Origin: a virus
Taxonomy: Duplodnaviria; Caudoviricetes
Strand: one strand, 5' to 3'
Length of the DNA stretch: 54,673 nt
Virus record (IMG/VR): IMGVR_UViG_3300031939_000377
Location: 1 to 54,673 of that record
Part shown: in pieces, positions 19,901-28,027 of the stretch
Numbering within the stretch: position 1 is the stretch's first letter
Layout of the letters: each line of letters begins with the position of its first letter
Notes under the pieces: model-generated
What the model saw: only the letters and a program-made list of their open reading frames with translations
Databases searched by the model: none
What the model was told of the DNA's origin: nothing
Made by a program: the position numbers and the translations under genes

Positions 19901-20240
19901 CGGCCGCATCTCCGGCCGCGCCCAGCGGATTGGTGATGAAATTCTTAACGGAGGCGCCGATCCTCGCATTCGCCTGCTCTTCCGTCTCGGCCCGTTTTTG
20001 CGCCGCCGCGGCAAGCTTCTCGAGCTGCATGCGGTGCTTTTCGCGGAGCTGCTCGAGCTTCACCTCATCGAGTGCGAGTTTCGCCTGCGTCTCGGAGAGC
20101 TTCGAATTCGACTGGATGTAGCCCTGGATGGCCAGTGCGACGCGCTTGGTTCGGTCCTCTTGCTTCTCTGTGGCTGCGGTCAGTTGGGCGAGCTGCTGTT
20201 GGCCAGCGACGCTGGCGTCCACCTTCATCTCGTAAGCCAT
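16968..20240 (-). CDS. Tail tape measure protein
   Basis: 1090 aa, Ala/Gly-rich and helical, directly after the chaperone genes. Confidence 0.9.
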   Translation of the reverse strand: MAYEMKVDASVAGQQQLAQLTAATEKQEDRTKRVALAIQGYIQSNSKLSETQAKLALDEVKLEQLREKHRMQLEKLAAAAQKRAETEEQANARIGASVKNFITNPLGAAGDAAEKFVVSYGKVGIAAGGVGLGLAVVSGWLIKNASDTAKYAQETANLASRTGLTTTETQLYTRASEVAGVNAGTLTTAMRTLSRGMSENSDEGKKQKKVLEELGLGAEAAFKPMGELLPELFQKLSAVGNAMERDRMTITLFGRSGLEMEPLFAQFKQLEARVSATGVIMDAQGIQKAAKYREQLVLLGLQWDALKLSLGQGAIGVIRFVTGGGDINLKDTSDAYSIGRMVRNAIVEGIVPGAGGLSDFIAKRNQGEDFDAAYAAGVAKETKPPTGPSAESLLRSANAQKLREYNLAHEDVKTRLDNELKRLTSDREDAEQRFTSAAPGSPKQVTARAGLEKIDQQIAATKEQIKAAQELKGAIEREIELRKRSEKAFDDAFYRGEDSAQRRYDRSRTDIAADRADELRKPGANAARINADFDLQQRAAFVTYVADAAKERQASQTKLDKMDFRGQLVAGKDEDRGWDEVYKTADKLADALLKSVLKAANEAREGALKVEEDSLRNLRNTGQRRLSQIGIRNQLAGGSEGQEVSDTYNLRISLVNQEYAQRLKIAALLKTTGEQESARKIALADKDQQIFDARMAQENALLEIALRQKQEFQSLAVGFVDAARSGGGAGIQKFLIGQLNKIEDTIVGNAAGLAWPTIQKAMGGMHAQAGTTMGKLLEGTPFGPDPLKTAGMTLTQAGTDLIQAAADLRAAATSPSGGGGSAGGGWNGAASRISGMWTGAGAGAGGGIDEFTPDELKQAFGETGPNQTGSPIPGDNSTPNTGFSTQGYSAPGKGGLTVGKGIGYGVAAAGAAYGAYEGFKAGGAQGALQGTGSILGAASLIPGPQQPFIMAAAMATTLISSILGDPKQRRENEIQNELKYNQYMAPVAINASMTTGGTYADFDRFGAPRGSNLSPFPTVEQGFFDYRHNITVPGRTDSAFGGPGGTPITVNVQTLDSRSFNENSHLVADAVQHAIQTGRGTGLQETLRHL

Positions 20241-21225
20241 TACTGGTTCGCCTCCTCCCTCGCCACTTCATAAGCCTGGCTTTCGCGCTGGACTATCCGC
20301 ACAGCATCAAGCAAGCACCCCGGCATCTCGCCTGCTCCCAGCGCAGCGCCCACCGATTTATTTGTTCCCTGCAAGAGATCCACGATTTGCACCAGATCGA
20401 ACGATGTTTGAGTGATTGCCGAGACGGGGCATTCACTCTCTTGAACCTCCAGCACCCTCCATGAGAAAGGTTCCTTCCCCGTGCGGCGCCCCTCCGTATG
20501 CGTCCACCGCATGGCCTCATAAGCCGGAAACCACCACTTCCGCCGGCGCGGATCTACGGCCCGCGGAAAATGTTTGAAACAGTTCCGGTCTACGTGCCAG
20601 CCGCCCGCAGGGCCTCGGCACTTTCCGCAGTTGTATTCCGGCTTTGTCCATCCGCCCGTTCTCCAGAAGTGGTAGGCGGTGGCGAGTTTTTTGATTCGCC
20701 GTCTTTCAACTTGCCGTCCGAAGTCAGCGCCTCATAAATCTCGATCGCCAATGCCGGCGGACCGTGGTCGAGCAGCTCGTCGGCCGCCATGCCGTCGAGT
20801 TCGCCTTTACCGCCTTCGACGCGGTGCTCGATCGCGATCAGATTCCTGCGGATCCACGCCGCCTGGATCTGGTTCTCGACCATCACGTATTCTTCGTTGA
20901 GGACGGCGCGCCGTTTTTTCGTCTCGGCCGGCACGACCGCTTCCAGTTCTTTGGCCAGGGGGTCCACGTCGGCCTGCATGACCTTTGCAAAGTCCTCGGC
21001 CGGCACTGCCAGCGCTTTCTTGTTGGCAATGGCGAGCTGCTCCGCCAGCTCCTTTTCCCGGTCGCTACGGGGCGGATGATCGGCTTCGAGTTCGCGCAGG
21101 CGCTGCCGGAGCTTTAAGGTTTCGAAGTCGATATCCGTTCTTCGGCCGAAACCGATGCGGTGGACGGTGAATGTGACGCCGGGGACGGCGCTGGAAGGAT
21201 GGGCAACCGTGGGTGAGAAGGACAT
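20240..21225 (-). CDS. Tail assembly chaperone, -1 frameshifted long form (lambda gpGT analog)
   Basis: In-frame A AAA AAC at 20692-20686; the -1 frame is open to 20240 and joins ORF 20240..20512. Confidence 0.8.
20590..21225 (-). CDS. Tail assembly chaperone (lambda gpG analog)
   Basis: Between tail tube and tape measure; contains slippery site. Confidence 0.8.
   Translation of the reverse strand: MSFSPTVAHPSSAVPGVTFTVHRIGFGRRTDIDFETLKLRQRLRELEADHPPRSDREKELAEQLAIANKKALAVPAEDFAKVMQADVDPLAKELEAVVPAETKKRRAVLNEEYVMVENQIQAAWIRRNLIAIEHRVEGGKGELDGMAADELLDHGPPALAIEIYEALTSDGKLKDGESKNSPPPTTSGERADGQSRNTTAESAEALRAAGT
20686..20692 (-). other. -1 ribosomal frameshift heptamer A AAA AAC
   Basis: Codons TCA AAA AAC fit X XXY YYZ. 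Confidence 0.8.
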
Positions 21226-21230
21226 GGCCG

Positions 21231-21332
21231 TTATCTCCGTCGTGGATCGCGCTTGGCTTTCTTGCGGTTGTGTATCCGGCGCGCCGGCTTCGGCAGCGAT
21301 ACGAGAGGAGCTGGTTCCATCGATGTAGGCAT
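21231..21332 (-). CDS. 33-aa basic micropeptide
   Basis: GAGGT RBS; MPTSMEPAPLVSLPKPARRIHNRKKAKRDPRRR. Confidence 0.3.
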   Translation of the reverse strand: MPTSMEPAPLVSLPKPARRIHNRKKAKRDPRRR

Positions 21333-21339
21333 CGTTACC

Positions 21340-21447
21340 TCAGTACTTCCCGCCATGTGTAATGGCGCTGTTGCAATCCATCCGGGCTTCACGGAGCTTC
21401 CGAATGGCCGCGCTGCGATCAGGCGACGGCGGTACGTGCTTGATGAT
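21340..21447 (-). pseudogene. Start-less C-terminal fragment resembling an Acb2/Tad1-type helical hairpin
   Basis: IIKHVPPSPDRSAAIRKLREARMDCNSAITHGGKY*; no upstream in-frame ATG/GTG/TTG back to the previous stop. Confidence 0.45.
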
Positions 21448-22484
21448 TAGCTGAACGTGAGTCCGATTTCGTCGACCGCCGAAATCGTCGATGCGCTGCC
21501 CATCGAATCGCTGAACGCCGTCACGACGCGCGCGGCCTCGTCGCTATACTCCGGTACCGCCAGCTGGACGCCCTTGAGCGGGATGGTCGTGGTGTTGCCG
21601 GTGGTGGTTCCGACCGCATACGTGACGTTGAGCGGGGTTTTCGCCTTGGCTTTCACCTTCAGGTTGTTCAAGAATGCGGAGTCGCAATCCTGGAAGGTGA
21701 AGGCTGTCGAGATCTCGCGGCGGCCGCCGGAGGGAAGCGCCGAATAGCTGGTCCCGAAAACGTCTTTGCTGTAGGCGTTCCCGGTCTTCCCTTTGATGGT
21801 GGCGGAGAGCAGCGGGAACGTGGTCGAATCGACGCCGTTGCCGTCGAACGTCGCTGTGCCCAGGAAGCCCTGCTGCAGCGTGCCGACGACTGTCGGGCTG
21901 ACCAGTTCGAGCGGAAACGCCGTGAGCCCGCCTTTCGCGGCCGCGTCCTCATTGGCGAAGTTCTCGCTGTCGAGCACCCAGTAGCACTCGCCGTTGGCGG
22001 AGATCGCGAAAATGTCGCCGTTGATGGTGATGGTCCAGTCCGTCACCAGACACCCAATCGCAAACTGCTGCGATAGCGTCGTCTGCAGGTGCTGGAAGCG
22101 CGCCAGGATGAACGTGACGATCGCCGTATCGAGCATCGTGTAGGCGGATCCGGTCGGCGACTGGCCGAAGATCGACTGGAACAGGAGGTCCATGTCGGGA
22201 GGCGTGCCGCCGGTGCCCGACGGAATGATCGGGACATTCGGCAGCGACCAGGTGTTATTGCTTTTCCGCCCCGAAATGCCCGGCTGCATGCTCCTCGTCC
22301 CGGTTTTCACGGGGTTCGGGATCAGCGTCGGATCGGCCTTGATCTTGCAGCCGCCCGGGGCGCGCAGCAGCTTGGCTCCCGTGTTGGTCCAGACGCCGGC
22401 GGTGTTCGGCACCAGGTTGAAGGCGCCGGCGGCTTGCGGCGCGAGAACCAATCGTTCGACGAAGGGACTGGTGAATTGGGACAT
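21447..22484 (-). CDS. Major tail tube protein
   Basis: 345 aa beta-rich; position before chaperone. Confidence 0.8.
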   Translation of the reverse strand: MSQFTSPFVERLVLAPQAAGAFNLVPNTAGVWTNTGAKLLRAPGGCKIKADPTLIPNPVKTGTRSMQPGISGRKSNNTWSLPNVPIIPSGTGGTPPDMDLLFQSIFGQSPTGSAYTMLDTAIVTFILARFQHLQTTLSQQFAIGCLVTDWTITINGDIFAISANGECYWVLDSENFANEDAAAKGGLTAFPLELVSPTVVGTLQQGFLGTATFDGNGVDSTTFPLLSATIKGKTGNAYSKDVFGTSYSALPSGGRREISTAFTFQDCDSAFLNNLKVKAKAKTPLNVTYAVGTTTGNTTTIPLKGVQLAVPEYSDEAARVVTAFSDSMGSASTISAVDEIGLTFS

Positions 22485-22831
22485 TAGGCTTTCACCTCAC
22501 TTTTCCCGGCCTTGCCGGGAGCGGGAATGGGTTCCGCCGCCGGCGGCGCGGCGAGTTTCGCTCGATAATCGGCCACGGCCTTTACCGCGCCCTCGAACTT
22601 GCGTTTGAACGTGTCCGGCGCCGCCGCCTGCAGGCGCGCATTCGGAAAGCTGGCCAGCTCGTTCGCATTGAAGCCCTGCGCGTCGAACATGTCTTTCGGC
22701 AGCAGCGATGCGCCGGACAGGATCGCCGACTTGGCCAGGTCATCGGTCATTTCGAATTCCTGGCCGAGCACTTCTCCCTGATGGGGTGTGTCGACCACAT
22801 GAAAACTGCCGCTCACTAGGACGTACTTCAT
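22484..22831 (-). CDS. Hypothetical phage protein
   Basis: AAGGAG RBS; TAATG coupling. Confidence 0.65.
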   Translation of the reverse strand: MKYVLVSGSFHVVDTPHQGEVLGQEFEMTDDLAKSAILSGASLLPKDMFDAQGFNANELASFPNARLQAAAPDTFKRKFEGAVKAVADYRAKLAAPPAAEPIPAPGKAGKSEVKA

Positions 22832-22851
22832 AAGGCTCCTTCTCAGAACTC

Positions 22852-23397
22852 TCAGACTGCTAATTCAAACGGGCACAAAAACTGTGTGGTTCGTATCCAA
22901 CCTTGGCCGCCCATCTTTAGCGGGCCGGGTACCATCCGGGCGCGGCCGTTCCAAAGCAAATTGCCGGGCCATTGCTGAACCTCGTGATCGTTCAGGCAAT
23001 TCAGAACTGCGTCGCCGGTCGCATTTACTTTCGCCCCGAAATCCGCCAGCACGCCTCCCGATTCCCAGGTGTGGTGCACCTCGACCAGGCCGATCACCAG
23101 TCCCGAAAACGTCGCCGTCTTGATGCGCCGCGGGTCGGTGCCGCGGTCGGCGAGCTCACCGATGTCGATCGTGACCATGGGAAAGGTGAAGACGCTAGAT
23201 TCCTGCAGTGATCCCGGGTCGATGCGGCCGAAGATGAAATTCGTGCTGGTATCCGACCAGTCGATTTCGAAGGCATCGAACTTGTAGGCCTGCGAATCGG
23301 CGAGCGCGACCAGGCGAGGATTGACGCCGCTGGTCTCGTTCGAGAGCTGCGCCCACAACGCGGCCGGCACGACTCCGGAGATCTTCGAAGTGTTCAT
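22852..23397 (-). CDS. Putative tail terminator/completion protein
   Basis: Size and position upstream of tail tube. Confidence 0.55.
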   Translation of the reverse strand: MNTSKISGVVPAALWAQLSNETSGVNPRLVALADSQAYKFDAFEIDWSDTSTNFIFGRIDPGSLQESSVFTFPMVTIDIGELADRGTDPRRIKTATFSGLVIGLVEVHHTWESGGVLADFGAKVNATGDAVLNCLNDHEVQQWPGNLLWNGRARMVPGPLKMGGQGWIRTTQFLCPFELAV

Positions 23398-24071
23398 CCG
23401 CGTGCCCTCCCGCGAATCTCCATGCGCTCGCCCAGCGACTTCTCGCCCCAGGCGATATCCGACCCGTTCAGCGCAAAGAATTCCCGTTTCGGAAGGTTGC
23501 CAGCCCCTTCGTTGTTTCCCCGGGCCCGGCCTTCCTCATCGCCGTAGAAGCCGATGGTCAGGGTTGAGCATGGCGTGTTGCCTTCGAAGGCTTCGAATTC
23601 ACTCCCGAAGCTGGGAAGCCCCGCGCCGCCTACTTCCGAGCCGCCCGCTTTGACCATCATGGCGTCGAGCATGTGCGGGTGCTGCTCCATGCCGTAGAGC
23701 GTTACGCCGTTGGTGCCGTGCGCCGCCTGTGCCGCGGCATAGGACTCGTACTTGATCCCGGTTGCGGTCCGAATCCCGATCTTGCCGGTTTTCGCGTAGC
23801 GATTCTTTGATGCGATCGCGCGCGCTGCGCGGTCTCCAGTCGCGCCCTTGTTCACATACAGGTAGAACGGCCCTTTGGTGGAGTAGGGTGCGAACGGCGC
23901 GCCGTTGACGTCGACGCCGGCAAACGTGCGCTCGCGAATCCGCGAGCGATAGCCCTGCCCGACATAGAGCAGATCGCCGACCGTTGGCGTCGTGAGGGCC
24001 TCGACAACGCCGTGAATCACGGTCGAAGGGGCGAGGCCGCTCGAGTGCGTGAAGGTGGCGAAGTCAGGCAT
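23394..24071 (-). CDS. Virion morphogenesis / tail completion protein (Mu gpG-like)
   Basis: G.PFAPYS near N-terminus and LPKREFF near C-terminus. Confidence 0.65.
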   Translation of the reverse strand: MPDFATFTHSSGLAPSTVIHGVVEALTTPTVGDLLYVGQGYRSRIRERTFAGVDVNGAPFAPYSTKGPFYLYVNKGATGDRAARAIASKNRYAKTGKIGIRTATGIKYESYAAAQAAHGTNGVTLYGMEQHPHMLDAMMVKAGGSEVGGAGLPSFGSEFEAFEGNTPCSTLTIGFYGDEEGRARGNNEGAGNLPKREFFALNGSDIAWGEKSLGERMEIRGRARG

Positions 24072-24072
24072 T

Positions 24073-24459
24073 TCAGTATTCCCCCCGCCATCGTCTTAGC
24101 CATTCCCGGTGTTGCGCGGCCCGATGCTCGGCCTCAGCGGTCTCGTTGTCAATGGGGACATACATGCGGCGAGTTGCGGCCTCAGCAGTCGCATAGCTCG
24201 TTGAATTCCATGCTGCGAGAATCGCGGTCCGCACCTTCCGCTCCATTTCGCGAGACATTCCCACTCGGATATCGCTCATGGATGCAGTAGGACGGAAAAC
24301 GTCGGCGGCTCGGTCCAGCCACTTTGAAAGCGCAAAACGAAGGCTGCTTATGAAGGAAGTGTCCAGCGCCAAGCCGAGCCGATACGCTAATGGTGAACGC
24401 ACCGGCCTGTCCGCATAGGCGATGATGGCCTCCGGCACTTCGAGGTGAACGAGTCTCAC
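24073..24459 (-). CDS. Hypothetical protein
   Basis: GTG start with AGGAGG supplied by the 15-bp repeat. Confidence 0.5.
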   Translation of the reverse strand: MRLVHLEVPEAIIAYADRPVRSPLAYRLGLALDTSFISSLRFALSKWLDRAADVFRPTASMSDIRVGMSREMERKVRTAILAAWNSTSYATAEAATRRMYVPIDNETAEAEHRAAQHREWLRRWRGEY

Positions 24460-24470
24460 GCGGCCTCCTG
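24456..24470. repeat. 15-bp direct repeat TCACGCGGCCTCCTG, copy 1
   Basis: Identical to 25451..25465; flanks a 1-kb opposite-strand insert. Confidence 0.85.
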
Positions 24471-24509
24471 TTCGAATCCGCAGATCTGCGTATAATCGTG
24501 GATATCACG

Positions 24510-24758
24510 ATGCCAACGCCGCTCTCGAAAGAAGTACGCCAGATCGCGAAAAGTCTGCTGGATTATCGGAACGCCGGCACCGTCCTGGAAGACGCCTTCG
24601 TCGAGGCGCTGAACACCGCGGCGTGCGCAAACAGCGCGAAGGATTTGGCCAAATTGTGGGGAATGAGCCCTCAATACCTGTCGGACTTGCGCCGTGGGCG
24701 TAGGGCGGTAAGCGATGGCGTGCTGAGAAAGATCATAGGAGCAAAGAATGCGCACTGA
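24510..24758 (+). CDS. XRE-type HTH protein
   Basis: AKDLAKLWGMSPQYLSDLRRGRR; TATAAT at 24491-24496. Confidence 0.7.
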   Translation: MPTPLSKEVRQIAKSLLDYRNAGTVLEDAFVEALNTAACANSAKDLAKLWGMSPQYLSDLRRGRRAVSDGVLRKIIGAKNAH

Positions 24759-24770
24759 GGACGGAAGGCG

Positions 24771-25022
24771 ATGAGAACCTGCGTACATCAATGCCTCGAC
24801 GGCTTGCTGAAACGGTATGCGGCCGACAATCCACGAAGTGTGTGGCCGGATCCCGAAACGCGGGCTGACCTCCACATTGCCCTCGACGAATACATCTTTC
24901 AGGGCTGGTGGGATGACGGGGACGACTACATCACCATCATGGACCTGCTCGGCTTTTCCTTCGAAACAGCTCAGCTTCCCGAAGAGGATGCGATGGGCAT
25001 CAGCCTTGTGATGCCCGTGTAA
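24771..25022 (+). CDS. Acidic hypothetical protein
   Basis: ORF in plus-strand insert. Confidence 0.5.
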   Translation: MRTCVHQCLDGLLKRYAADNPRSVWPDPETRADLHIALDEYIFQGWWDDGDDYITIMDLLGFSFETAQLPEEDAMGISLVMPV

Positions 25023-25031
25023 GGGAACACC

Positions 25032-25499
25032 ATGATTCAGAAACCTTTCACAAAGCCCGACCGGTACATCTGCTGCCCCGGCTGCGGTAAGGGAGAATAC
25101 GGCGTCAGCCACTTGCCATTGGGCACGAAGACCAGCTGGTATTGCGATGAATGCGGCGTCCTGTTCACGCTGCAGGTTATCTCCCCGGATGAAATCGACA
25201 CTGAGGTCACTTCTAAACGTCAGGAAAAGCGGCTCATAACGCTGAAGTCCGAGGGTCCGGTGACCCTGCTCGTCGAAGGGTTGGCCTTTATCCCCGGCGA
25301 CTCCGAAGAGCACCAGCGGTATTACTACGATGAGCACACTTGCCCGACGAACTACATGCCCAACGTCGTGCAGGTGATCGATGAGGCCGGAGACCGCGAC
25401 CCGCACGGCGTGTTCCGCTTTATTAGCGCCGAGCCCTGGAAAGACCCCGATCACGCGGCCTCCTGGAGCATCAGCTCGTGGGTGTCGAGGATCCACTGA
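25032..25499 (+). CDS. Zn-ribbon hypothetical protein
   Basis: CPGC...CDEC; reads through the right repeat. Confidence 0.6.
   Translation: MIQKPFTKPDRYICCPGCGKGEYGVSHLPLGTKTSWYCDECGVLFTLQVISPDEIDTEVTSKRQEKRLITLKSEGPVTLLVEGLAFIPGDSEEHQRYYYDEHTCPTNYMPNVVQVIDEAGDRDPHGVFRFISAEPWKDPDHAASWSISSWVSRIH
25451..25465. repeat. 15-bp direct repeat, copy 2 (3' end of head morphogenesis gene)
   Basis: Identical to 24456..24470. Confidence 0.85.
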
Positions 25500-26284
25500 T
25501 GCCGACAGCCAAACCCGCCGCGGCTGATGAACACGTTGGGAATCTGGCCGTTATCCATCTGCCCGATCTGCTCCCGCGTGTAGGCCTTCCCTGCCTCGGT
25601 CAGATGCCGGCAGAACGGCCGCTCCAGCTTGTCCTGCGGCCCGCTGTAGCCATAGCGCAGCGTCTGTTGCGGCAGATCCTTGGCGATGATCTGGAACGCG
25701 CGATCGCTGGCAGTGGCATACCAGACGCTCATCGCGGTATTGCCGACCGACGTCGCCTTGCCGATCGACATCTCAAATCGCGTGGACAGAGTTTCGACGA
25801 GTGTGGCGAAGCGCAGGCCGGCGACGCCGAACAATCCGCGGCTGACTGCCGCGCCGGCCGTCGCCTCGATCGCGCCCTCGAGAGCGGTGACGGTATTGGC
25901 GCCGACTCCGCCCAGCAGCGAGAAATCACGAGGGGTGAAGCCCAGATCGCGCCACTTCTCATCCACCTGGCTGCCGAGCAGTTCCACGGTTTCCTGCAGG
26001 AACGGCAGCGTGCCGCGGAACTCCCCGACGAAGGCGTCGACCAGGCGCTGGTACCCGGCCCGGTCCATTTCCTGCATGAACATCTTGCCGGCGTTGCGCA
26101 GAAGGCGCATGTTGGCGGCGCTCGAGTCAATGACGCCGTCGGTAATCGAAAGCTGGGCCTGCAGGCGGGCAATCACGCGGCCTTGCGCGCGCATGGTGAT
26201 CTCGCGCAAGTGGGACTCGAAGGTATAGACCATGGAGTCCTGGTACTTGTTGTGCCGCGCGATGATGTCCTTCAGGTCCGCCAT
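25451..26284 (-). CDS. Head morphogenesis / minor capsid protein (MuF-like)
   Basis: YSGPQD...RPFC...GGFGCRH C-terminal motif. Confidence 0.7.
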   Translation of the reverse strand: MADLKDIIARHNKYQDSMVYTFESHLREITMRAQGRVIARLQAQLSITDGVIDSSAANMRLLRNAGKMFMQEMDRAGYQRLVDAFVGEFRGTLPFLQETVELLGSQVDEKWRDLGFTPRDFSLLGGVGANTVTALEGAIEATAGAAVSRGLFGVAGLRFATLVETLSTRFEMSIGKATSVGNTAMSVWYATASDRAFQIIAKDLPQQTLRYGYSGPQDKLERPFCRHLTEAGKAYTREQIGQMDNGQIPNVFISRGGFGCRHQWILDTHELMLQEAA

Positions 26285-26292
26285 ACGCTTAC

Positions 26293-26574
26293 CTACGGGA
26301 GAGGTTTAATTGAAACCGTGACTTCCTGGTAGGCTCCTTCTTTGGTAGACCAGTCGCTAAATCCCATGTGGCCATAGGCGCTCACCACGACTTTCTTCTC
26401 CGGCCCGAAGGTTGAGAGGCATTGATCGATCGTTTCTTGAGTCATCCGAACGGTTTCACGTTCGCCTTCGTCTGACAGGCCCGCAGGCTTCTCTGCCAAC
26501 GGAGCCTTGAACTGTTCGCTCAATTGCCCTCTTGCTTCTGCTACGGTACCGCTCGCGTTTACGCTCCAACTCAT
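26293..26574 (-). CDS. Hypothetical protein
   Basis: ATGA coupling and AGGAG RBS; MSWSVNASG... Confidence 0.6.
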   Translation of the reverse strand: MSWSVNASGTVAEARGQLSEQFKAPLAEKPAGLSDEGERETVRMTQETIDQCLSTFGPEKKVVVSAYGHMGFSDWSTKEGAYQEVTVSIKPLP

Positions 26575-27185
26575 CGTGTTGCTCCTATTTCGAATTCGTG
26601 CACGCCGTAAAGCACGTCCACGGTTGCGAATTGCATTAACCTCGAAAAGTCGTAGGTGAAAACAACCCGGACAGCCAGATAGCCGTCGCTGTGAGTCGTT
26701 CCGAGCGCTCCAGTGAACGGCAGGGGGACTGGGGATTTGGCGGTTACGATTCGACCGCGCTTCGCTGACTTTCGGATTTGCTCGGCGAGACCCGTGCACG
26801 CCGGCTGAAAATAAATCCGACGAGGCCCGGGATTCATCAGTAGCTGGGCATCTCGCACGATGACGGAGGCCTCCGGGTGCTGATCCAGGACGATCCTGTT
26901 TGAGGGCGGCGACAGAATGATGTCGCCCCTGACAGCCAGCGAATCGAGCGACCGGAGGAACACATCGCCGGTCAACTTTCGAATCGCCACTGCGCACTCT
27001 TCCGCTGTTTCCCGCAGCACATAGTCGGCGTTGAATTCCCCCAAGTGCTGGACGGGCGGGAGATCAGGTATCGCGAGTTCGCGGTTCCCGAGGTCTCCGA
27101 AAGCGGTAGGCGCAACGGCAGAGACTAAGGTCGCCCGCTTTACGCAGTCAGCAAGTCCGTTGAAAAAGCCGCGTCTGCTCGTCAT
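26571..27185 (-). CDS. Twin-arginine-leader protein with C-terminus homologous to the phage's own major capsid protein
   Basis: MTSRRGFF; PVPLPFTGA...RVVFTY...TVDVLYG aligns with capsid PQPLPGTGA...RVVMSY...TVDILYG. Confidence 0.65.
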   Translation of the reverse strand: MTSRRGFFNGLADCVKRATLVSAVAPTAFGDLGNRELAIPDLPPVQHLGEFNADYVLRETAEECAVAIRKLTGDVFLRSLDSLAVRGDIILSPPSNRIVLDQHPEASVIVRDAQLLMNPGPRRIYFQPACTGLAEQIRKSAKRGRIVTAKSPVPLPFTGALGTTHSDGYLAVRVVFTYDFSRLMQFATVDVLYGVHEFEIGATR

Positions 27186-27336
27186 GATCGATTCACCTTC
27201 GCTGATATCCCGTCCGGAGCGCGGCCCGCTCCGCCGCATCTGCCGGATGCGACAGGCTCCGTTGGGCCGCGCCGGATCGAGTGCTCTCTGCTACTCTCCG
27301 CGCTCTCCTTTCCATGGCTGAATGTTCCGCCCTGTT

Positions 27337-27639
27337 TCACGGAAGTGTTGCCTCCTCGGCGCGATCGATCAACTCGTAGCCGGATTCGAAAGGCTTCGCA
27401 GGCGAGAAGGACTCATAGCCGTTTTCGTAGACGACGTAATAGCCGCCGGCCTGCGGGTTGTGCTTGTGGAAGAAAGAAGGCTCGACAGTAAACGCGGAAT
27501 ATCGTTCGTCCGCCGGCATGATCATATAGCGCACCGGATTGGGCGCGCCCGTTAAGAGCACGGGCGACACACGCGCGATCTTCAGCGCCGCCACTTCCTT
27601 GTGGCATCGATAGCGCGGCATGGATTGGGTCGGAGGCAT
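27337..27639 (-). CDS. Conserved phage protein with GYYVVYENGYESFSP motif
   Basis: Y.CHK.V.A.KI and GY.V.Y..GY.S.SP...FE.GY; adjacent to Tad1-like gene. Confidence 0.65.
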   Translation of the reverse strand: MPPTQSMPRYRCHKEVAALKIARVSPVLLTGAPNPVRYMIMPADERYSAFTVEPSFFHKHNPQAGGYYVVYENGYESFSPAKPFESGYELIDRAEEATLP

Positions 27640-27640
27640 G

Positions 27641-28024
27641 CTACAGCCTGTTCGTCCCCTCGACCCCGCGCGCGATCCGCGCCTGAGTCCGCCGCTGCAG
27701 GAGCAGGAGCGCCGTGCCGATAAAGGCCAGCGCCTCTTCGTTGTCGTAGCACGCGAAAGGACCTTCCTGGAATCCCCTCAATCGGTCCATGAGGATAGCC
27801 AGCAGCACCTCCTGGGTGATGCCATTGGCGCCGAATTCCTTGATCGGGCCTTCCTGGAAATGGATTGTCAGGCTCTCAAATGCGGAGACGGACGTGCTCT
27901 TTTCGTTCTTCCACTCAATCCGGTAGGAGTGGCAGGCGCCGCCGTGCGACGGTTCATCCAGGACCGTGATCGACAGTTGAGGGGCCGTGTCGCCTTCCAC
28001 CACGTGATCGGTAATCGTTCGCAT
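27641..28024 (-). CDS. tad1: Tad1-like anti-Thoeris nucleotide sponge
   Basis: GGACHSY, I.FQEGP, NG....LL.I..DRL..FQ.GPF, RR...R..R.V.GTN match the Tad1 family pattern as I recall it. Confidence 0.75.
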   Translation of the reverse strand: MRTITDHVVEGDTAPQLSITVLDEPSHGGACHSYRIEWKNEKSTSVSAFESLTIHFQEGPIKEFGANGITQEVLLAILMDRLRGFQEGPFACYDNEEALAFIGTALLLLQRRTQARIARGVEGTNRL

Positions 28025-28027
28025 GGG

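Noticed and set aside
24456-25496. 346-aa minus-strand ORF spanning the insert and ending QEAA like the MuF gene
   Set aside because: Shared ending comes from the 15-bp repeat; the plus-strand genes have motifs and a -10 box
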